DNA of 64,000 nucleotides from Candidatus Omnitrophota bacterium (GTDB taxonomy: Bacteria; Omnitrophota; Gorgyraeia; Gygaellales; Profunditerraquicolaceae). The notes under the pieces were generated by a model. It saw nothing but the letters and a program-made list of their open reading frames with translations, ran no database searches and had not been told where the DNA came from. How positions within the stretch are numbered: the stretch's first letter is position 1; every line of letters starts with the position of its first letter. The stretch spans positions 650 to 64,649 of the forward strand of contig JAHKAP010000002.1 in NCBI GenBank assembly GCA_018825985.1. The letters run 5' to 3'. Positions 58,310 to 64,000 of this stretch are shown here, one piece after another. Both the position numbers and the translations under genes were made by a program.

Positions 58310-59562
58310 CGGGTAAGACTATAGCGGAAAAAATATTAAGCAGCCATTCTGGGAGGTCTTTGAAGGCCGGTGATTTTGCGGTATGCAAAGTTGATTTTAC
58401 CTTTGGACAGGATGGGACGTCGTCGATAATAATCGACCGTGTTAAAGAGCTGGGGATAGATAAATTAAAAACTAAGTTTTGTATGGTCATCGATCACAGC
58501 GCTCCTTCTCCGAATGAAGGCGTATCCAGGGTGCATAAAAAGATGCGCCGATTTTCGGCTGATTTTAGGTCTCGCCTTTACGATGTGGGCTGCGGGGTAT
58601 GCCATCAGGTCATACCGGAGTCCGGGTATATATTGCCCGGAGACTTGGTTTTGGGGGCTGATTCACATACCTGTACGTATGGGGCAATAGGTGTTTTTGC
58701 TACCGGCGTCGGCTCTACTGACTTGGCTGTAGCCTTGGCCACCGGAAAAAACTGGTTTAAAGTGCCCGAGACAATAAAAATCATAGTGCAAGGAAAGCAG
58801 CCTAAGGGGATTTTCGCAAAAGATATTATCCTTTATATAATAGGAGGAATTGGGGCTAACGGAGCTACTTATAAAGCTGTTGAATTCTCTGGAGAGGTAA
58901 TTGACCAGTTGGATATGGACGGCCGTTTTACCTTTTGCAATATGGTGGTTGAAATGGGGGCTAAGGCTGGTTTTATGCCTCAGGATAAAAAAACCATTGC
59001 CTGGCTCAAAGGCGTTTCGGGGATTAAGCGGGAGATTAAAACAGTCTCTCCTGACAAAAACGCTGAATATTGCGATACTATTGAATTTGATATCTCAAAA
59101 CTTAAGCCCCAGGCTTCAATCCCTCACAATGTCGATACAACCGTGGATGCGGCAAAACTAAGAAATGTTTTGATAAATGAAGCCTTTTTGGGCACCTGTA
59201 CCAATGGCAGACTGGCTGACCTTAGAGTGGCCGCCTCAATACTAAAATCAAGAAAAGTTTCTCCGCGGGTTAAATTTATTGTTGCTCCCGCCTCAAGGAG
59301 CATTTTTTTAGAGGCTTTAAAAAACGGAATTATTGATACCCTGGTTCGATCCGGCGCAGTAGTAGTTGCTCCTGGATGCGGTCCATGCGTAGGCACCCAT
59401 AATGGTGTGCCTGCGGACGGAGAAATAGTTATATCAACCGCAAACCGTAATTTTAAAGGCAGAATGGGGAACCCTAAAGCTTTTATATATCTGGCCTCTC
59501 CGGCTACCGTTACTGCTTCAGCTATTGAGGGCAGGATAACCGATCCCCGAAAGTATCTTTAA
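58306..59562 (+). CDS. leuC: Aconitase-family large subunit, archaeal-type LeuC (3-isopropylmalate/homoaconitate dehydratase large subunit)
   Basis: 418 aa. MTGKTIAEKILSSHSGRSLKAGDFAV. Cys ligands GTCTNGR and PGCGPCVG. Confidence 0.8.
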   Translation: MTGKTIAEKILSSHSGRSLKAGDFAVCKVDFTFGQDGTSSIIIDRVKELGIDKLKTKFCMVIDHSAPSPNEGVSRVHKKMRRFSADFRSRLYDVGCGVCHQVIPESGYILPGDLVLGADSHTCTYGAIGVFATGVGSTDLAVALATGKNWFKVPETIKIIVQGKQPKGIFAKDIILYIIGGIGANGATYKAVEFSGEVIDQLDMDGRFTFCNMVVEMGAKAGFMPQDKKTIAWLKGVSGIKREIKTVSPDKNAEYCDTIEFDISKLKPQASIPHNVDTTVDAAKLRNVLINEAFLGTCTNGRLADLRVAASILKSRKVSPRVKFIVAPASRSIFLEALKNGIIDTLVRSGAVVVAPGCGPCVGTHNGVPADGEIVISTANRNFKGRMGNPKAFIYLASPATVTASAIEGRITDPRKYL

Positions 59563-59577
59563 TACGGAGGACTAAAA

Positions 59578-60624
59578 ATGGAAATACGCGACCTATTGTT
59601 ATTGTGTATCGAAAAGCAAGCTTCTGATCTTCATCTTACAGATAATGAGCCGCCGATATTACGTATTGACGGAAGGCTGCAAAGGACAAACCTGCCGGTC
59701 TTAAATAAAGAAATCCTTAAAAAGATTATTTATAGTGTTTTGAATGATACTCAGAAAGAAACGTTTGAGAAAGATATGGAATTGGATTTTTCTCTGGCTC
59801 TTCCCGCATTGGATAGGTTCCGGGTAAATGTACATCTGCAAAAAGGCTCAGTTGAGGCTGCTTTTAGACGGGTGCCCTTGAAAATTCCGGTCATCGCAGA
59901 TATAGGCTTACCGCCCATAGCAATTGAGTTAGCCCGTAAACCCAATGGTTTAGTTCTGGTTACCGGTCCTACCGGAGTTGGTAAAACCACTACTTTAGCG
60001 GCAATGATCGACCTTATAAATAATGAGAGAGAATGTATGGTTATGTGCGTTGAGGACCCGATCGAATTTATTCATTCTAATAAAAAGAGCGTAATAAAAC
60101 AAAGAGAGATTTATGCGGATACCCGTTCATTTGCCGATTCTTTACGCCATGCCTTGCGTCAGGACCCCAATGTTATAGTTGTCGGAGAGATGAGGGATTT
60201 GGAAACTATTTCCACAGCGCTTACAGCCGCAGAAACCGGGCATTTGGTTTTGGCTACCCTGCATACTCCTGACGCCCCGCAAACCGTGGAAAGGATTATT
60301 GATGTATTTCCTCCTCATCAGCAGACCCAGGTTAAACTACAGTTATCCGATTGTTTACAGGGCGTAATTTCGCAGTTGCTCCTTCCCCATATCTCCGGAA
60401 AGGGTAGAGTTTTAGCTACCGAGATAATGATTGCTACTTCGGGGATAAGAAACCTTATTCGTGAACAGGAGATCGAGCAGATCCCTACTTTGATGCAGAC
60501 CGGAAGTCAGTATGGGATGAAGACAATGGATAAATGTTTAAAAGAATTGTATCAACAAGGGTTGATATCTTTGGATGTGGCTATGTCCAAGGCTAAGAAT
60601 ATCGAGGAATTCCGCCAGCTATGA
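59578..60624 (+). CDS. pilT: PilT-family twitching-motility/retraction ATPase
   Basis: 348 aa. GLVLVTGPTGVGKTTTLAAMID, VEDPIEF, NVIVVGEMRDLETISTALTAAETGHLVLATLHT, GIRNLIREQ. Confidence 0.9.
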   Translation: MEIRDLLLLCIEKQASDLHLTDNEPPILRIDGRLQRTNLPVLNKEILKKIIYSVLNDTQKETFEKDMELDFSLALPALDRFRVNVHLQKGSVEAAFRRVPLKIPVIADIGLPPIAIELARKPNGLVLVTGPTGVGKTTTLAAMIDLINNERECMVMCVEDPIEFIHSNKKSVIKQREIYADTRSFADSLRHALRQDPNVIVVGEMRDLETISTALTAAETGHLVLATLHTPDAPQTVERIIDVFPPHQQTQVKLQLSDCLQGVISQLLLPHISGKGRVLATEIMIATSGIRNLIREQEIEQIPTLMQTGSQYGMKTMDKCLKELYQQGLISLDVAMSKAKNIEEFRQL

Positions 60625-60626
60625 GA

Positions 60627-60687
60627 AATGGGGTCAGAATTATTTTTTTATTCTATGTAATCGTAAAAAATAATTCTGACCCCATTT
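60627..60687. terminator. Hairpin from one direct plus one inverted copy of the AATGGGGTCAGAATTATTTTTT 22-mer (same family as 11159-11282). Likely bidirectional terminator or REP-like.
   Basis: AATGGGGTCAGAATTATTTTTT (60627-48), a 16-nt loop, then AAAAAATAATTCTGACCCCATTT (60665-87). Starts 3 nt after the pilT stop. Confidence 0.7.
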
Positions 60688-60708
60688 CCCCCATTTATCC
60701 CTAAGTAT

Positions 60709-61209
60709 ATGAACATTAAAGGTAAAACCATTAAAATAGGCGATAATATCAATACTGATTTCATTATTTCAGGAAGGTACAAATTTTCCATTACCGACAT
60801 AAAAGAATTAGCTAAGCATATAATGGAGGATATCGACCCTGATTTTTATAATAAGATAATACCGGGCGAGTCTATATTAGCGGCTGGGAAAAATTTCGGA
60901 ATGGGCTCAAGCCGGGAGCAGGCGCCCCTGGTTATAAAGGAATCCGGGATCAGGGCGGTATTGGCAAAATCATTTGCCAGGATATTCTTCAGGAATAGTT
61001 TTAATATAGGATTGCTTCTGGTTGAAACCGATACCGACAAAATCGGGCAAGGCGATATTATCGAACTGGACTTGAATAGAGGAAAAGTCTGGAATGTTAC
61101 AAAGAATATCTATTTGAATATTAAGCCTTTGCCGGGATTTATGCAGGAATTATTGAAAGAAGGCGGCATAGTCAATTACATAAAAAAACACGGAGAATTA
61201 AAAATATAA
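60709..61209 (+). CDS. leuD: Aconitase-family small subunit, archaeal-type LeuD
   Basis: 166 aa. [33 protein letters not shown]. Confidence 0.8.
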   Translation: MNIKGKTIKIGDNINTDFIISGRYKFSITDIKELAKHIMEDIDPDFYNKIIPGESILAAGKNFGMGSSREQAPLVIKESGIRAVLAKSFARIFFRNSFNIGLLLVETDTDKIGQGDIIELDLNRGKVWNVTKNIYLNIKPLPGFMQELLKEGGIVNYIKKHGELKI

Positions 61210-62291
61210 TGGCGTATAAAATTACATTTATACCCGGAGACGGTACCGGCCCGGAGATTGCCGAGGCCGCCAGGCGTTGTATTGAGGCCACAGGTGTTAA
61301 AATCGATTGGGATGAAAAGTATGCCGGGGAAGAAGCCCAAGCTAAATATGGGTCGCTTTTGCCTGAGGCGACTATCGCTTCGATAAAGAAAAATAAAGTT
61401 GCCATCAAGGGCCCGATCACAACCCCCATAGGGGGTGGTTTTCGTTCGGTTAATGTGGCCTTGCGCCAGACCCTGGATCTTTACGCCTGCGTGCGTCCGG
61501 TGAAATACTATCCCGGAGTTAAGTCTTTTTATAAAGATATTGACTTGGTTATCATCAGGGAAAACAGCGAAGACCTCTATGCCGGAATAGAATTTGAAGA
61601 AGGCGCTCCGGAAACTCGCAAATTAATTAAAGAGATCGAAGGTTTTTCCAATAAAACGGTGCGGCCCGATTCCGGTATCTCTATCAAGCCGATTTCAAAG
61701 TCGGCAAGCGAAAAAATAGCCAGGTTCGCATTTGAGTATGCACTTATTAATAACCGTAAAAAAGTTACTTGCATAACCAAAGCCAATATAATGAAATTTA
61801 CCGACGGGCTATTTTTAAAGATTGCCCGGGAAATCGCCGCTTCTTATGAAGGTAAGATCGCGTTTGAGGAGGCTTTAGTCGATAATATGGCTATGCAGTT
61901 GGTGCAAAAGCCGCTCAACTACGATTGCCTGCTTCTGCCTAATCTTTACGGCGATATTCTTTCTGACCTTTGCGCCGGTTTAGTCGGAGGCTTAGGGGTT
62001 GCCCCAGGAGCGAATGTAGGAGATGGCATGGCGGTTTTTGAGCCTGTCCATGGCTCAGCCCCTAAATATAAAGGAATGAATAGGGTTAATCCTACGGCTA
62101 TGATACTTTCAGGCGTTCTAATGCTAAGATATATTAAAGAGGGCGCGGCTGCGGATAGATTGGAAAAAGCTGTTAAAGAAGTTTTGACCGAAGGCATATC
62201 CGTTACTTACGATCTAAAACCTGACCCTAAGGATCCAACTGCTGCAGGAACAAAAGAAATGGCCGACGCCATCATTAAAAAACTTAAATAG
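61209..62291 (+). CDS. Isocitrate/isopropylmalate dehydrogenase family (NAD(P)-dependent beta-decarboxylating dehydrogenase)
   Basis: 360 aa. [36 protein letters not shown]. Confidence 0.85.
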   Translation: MAYKITFIPGDGTGPEIAEAARRCIEATGVKIDWDEKYAGEEAQAKYGSLLPEATIASIKKNKVAIKGPITTPIGGGFRSVNVALRQTLDLYACVRPVKYYPGVKSFYKDIDLVIIRENSEDLYAGIEFEEGAPETRKLIKEIEGFSNKTVRPDSGISIKPISKSASEKIARFAFEYALINNRKKVTCITKANIMKFTDGLFLKIAREIAASYEGKIAFEEALVDNMAMQLVQKPLNYDCLLLPNLYGDILSDLCAGLVGGLGVAPGANVGDGMAVFEPVHGSAPKYKGMNRVNPTAMILSGVLMLRYIKEGAAADRLEKAVKEVLTEGISVTYDLKPDPKDPTAAGTKEMADAIIKKLK

Positions 62292-62342
62292 GGACAGCGA
62301 CTATTTTTTAGATTTAGCAAATTAAAAAATAGTCGCTGTCCC
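62291..62342. terminator. Perfect 20-bp-stem hairpin GGGACAGCGACTATTTTTTA/TAAAAAATAGTCGCTGTCCC between icd/leuB and mdh. A GGGAC...GTCCC palindrome; terminator-like.
   Basis: Read directly. Loop gatttagcaaat. Confidence 0.75.
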
Positions 62343-62351
62343 TAATAAACT

Positions 62352-63275
62352 ATGAAAATATCAATAATAGGCGCTGGTAACGTAGGAAGCCTTACTACTC
62401 TGCGGATAGCTCAGCAGGGCTTGGGAGAAGTTTATCTGATCGATGTGGCCAAGGGCCTGGCCTGCGGCAAGGCATTTGACCTGGAAGACGCGCGATCGCT
62501 GATCAAATCTGACTATAAGATTACGGGAAGCGAAGATATTAATCAAGTTCTGGGTTCAGATATAGTAGTAATGACTGCTGGATTAGCCCGTAAACCGGGA
62601 ATGACCCGAGAGGACCTGGTTAGCAAAAATGCCCAGATAATTAAAGAAGTCTGCCTAAATATAAAAACCCTGGCTCCTAAAGCTATAGTAATTGTGGTTA
62701 CTAATCCTTTGGATGTAATGACTTACCTGGCCCTAAAAACAACCGGTTTTAGTTCTAGCAGGGTTTTTGGCATGGGCGCAAGCCTCGACGCGGCCAGGTT
62801 CAATAATTTAATAAGTAAAGAATTAAAGATAGCGGCTCGGGATGTTGAAGGCATGGTGATCGGTTGCCATGGCGAGGCAATGATTCCTTTGCCCAGGTTC
62901 AGTTATATAAAGGGTAAACCGCTCCCGGAGATCATCGACGAAAAAACCATGGAAGACCTGGTAAATAAGACTAAGGCCAGGGGCCTGGAGATCGTGTCTT
63001 TATTAGGCAACGGAAGCGCTTTTTTCGCTCCATCGGCGGCAATTACTGAGCTGGTGGCGGAGATTATTAAAAATGAAAAACGCACCATTGGGGTTTCAGC
63101 TTACCTGAACGGAGAGTATGGGGTTAAGGATGTTACGATTGGGGTACCCTGTGTCATAGGCAAAAAAGGTATCGAGGATATTGTGGAGCTGAGTTTGAGC
63201 CCTGAAGAGAAAAACAAATTCCATGAATCTGCGCAGTCCATCCGTCAGCTGATCTCCCAGATAAATATTTTATAA
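62352..63275 (+). CDS. mdh: Malate (or lactate) dehydrogenase, LDH/MDH family
   Basis: 307 aa. MKISIIGAGNVGS, catalytic-loop GLARKPGMTRED, IGCHG. Confidence 0.85.
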   Translation: MKISIIGAGNVGSLTTLRIAQQGLGEVYLIDVAKGLACGKAFDLEDARSLIKSDYKITGSEDINQVLGSDIVVMTAGLARKPGMTREDLVSKNAQIIKEVCLNIKTLAPKAIVIVVTNPLDVMTYLALKTTGFSSSRVFGMGASLDAARFNNLISKELKIAARDVEGMVIGCHGEAMIPLPRFSYIKGKPLPEIIDEKTMEDLVNKTKARGLEIVSLLGNGSAFFAPSAAITELVAEIIKNEKRTIGVSAYLNGEYGVKDVTIGVPCVIGKKGIEDIVELSLSPEEKNKFHESAQSIRQLISQINIL

Positions 63276-63276
63276 T

Positions 63277-64000
63277 ATGTATGATCTAGCCATAATCGGC
63301 TCAGGTTGGGCCGGAGTAAATGCCGCATTAAAAGCCAAAGAATTAGGTTTGAACCCTGTAATTATAGAAAAATCAAATCTGGGAGGCGCCTGTCTTAATC
63401 AAGGGTGTATCCCCACCAAGTCATTGATCCAGTCGGCGAAAATCTATACTTTGGCCCAGAAATCCAGCGCGTTTGGTATTGATAATAGCGGAGTTTTGTC
63501 AGTAAATTTACCGCAGATCCAGGCCCGTAAAGAAAAAATAATCAGGCAATTGCGCCAGGGGTTGGAATTTATGCTTAAAGGCGTTAAGATTATCTATGCC
63601 CCGGCGGAATTTATTTCTGTGGATACCTTGAAAGCAGGCTCGGATGAAATACAAGCCAAAGCTATCTTGATAGCTTCCGGCTCAGTCCCCCTGGAATTGA
63701 AAAGCCTGAAATTCGATAATAATAAGGTAGTTTCCAGTAATGAAATTTTAAATTTAAAAGAATTACCCGCATCGATATTAATTATTGGCGCAGGGGTTAT
63801 TGGATGCGAATTCGCAAGCCTCTTTTCTAATTTAGGGGTTAGGGTTAAATTGGTTGAATTGACCCCTCAGGTCTTGCCTGAGTATGACCTGGATGTTGCT
63901 AACAGGATTAAGGGGCTTCTAGAGAAAAAAGGAGTTGAGATAAATACCTCAACTAATGCCGCGGACATTAACCTGCAAAATTTCGATCTGGTTCTTGTTT
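63277..64000 (+). CDS. lpd: Dihydrolipoyl dehydrogenase-like pyridine nucleotide-disulfide oxidoreductase (3'-truncated by the window end)
   Basis: MYDLAIIGSGWAGVNAALKA, GGACLNQGCIPTK redox-active disulfide motif. Frame open to nt 64000. Confidence 0.8.
   Translation, partial: MYDLAIIGSGWAGVNAALKAKELGLNPVIIEKSNLGGACLNQGCIPTKSLIQSAKIYTLAQKSSAFGIDNSGVLSVNLPQIQARKEKIIRQLRQGLEFMLKGVKIIYAPAEFISVDTLKAGSDEIQAKAILIASGSVPLELKSLKFDNNKVVSSNEILNLKELPASILIIGAGVIGCEFASLFSNLGVRVKLVELTPQVLPEYDLDVANRIKGLLEKKGVEINTSTNAADINLQNFDLVLV

Overview
This 64 kb window comes from a moderately AT-rich bacterium that is probably uncultivated. The giant gene and the missing L30 suggest an Omnitrophota- or CPR-like lineage, but that is inference only. 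The window has four parts.

(1) 1-11154 is the 3' portion of a giant surface protein whose 5' end lies upstream of the window. It has about 30 tandem beta-sandwich repeats of roughly 92 aa, then a coiled coil and a C-terminal transmembrane tail anchor.

(2) 11364-25754 is one tightly packed plus-strand cluster. It joins a non-canonical F-type ATPase module (epsilon-c-b/delta-alpha-gamma-beta) to a T2SS/T4P-like pseudopilus module. The ATPase module has no a-subunit gene, its epsilon is truncated, and its c-subunit has Gln in place of the ion-binding Glu/Asp. The pseudopilus module comprises a standalone MshEN-domain protein, a GspE/PilB ATPase with a C-terminal PilZ domain, GspF, an HExxH peptidase, GspG, two minor pseudopilins, GspK, GspL/PilMN and GspM/PilO. 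This cluster is the best candidate for an undescribed system.

(3) 25998-57128 is the conserved ribosomal super-operon: tRNA-Thr, rpmG, tRNA-Trp, secE, nusG, rplKAJL, rpoBC, rpsL-rpsG-fusA-tuf, then the S10, spc and alpha operons. L30 is absent.

(4) 57134-64000 holds aspC, leuC, pilT, leuD, icd/leuB, mdh and a partial lpd, with pilT sitting between leuC and leuD.

Several families of palindromic or iteron-like intergenic repeats punctuate the window, including inside otherwise conserved operons. No CRISPR array, IS element or rRNA gene was seen.
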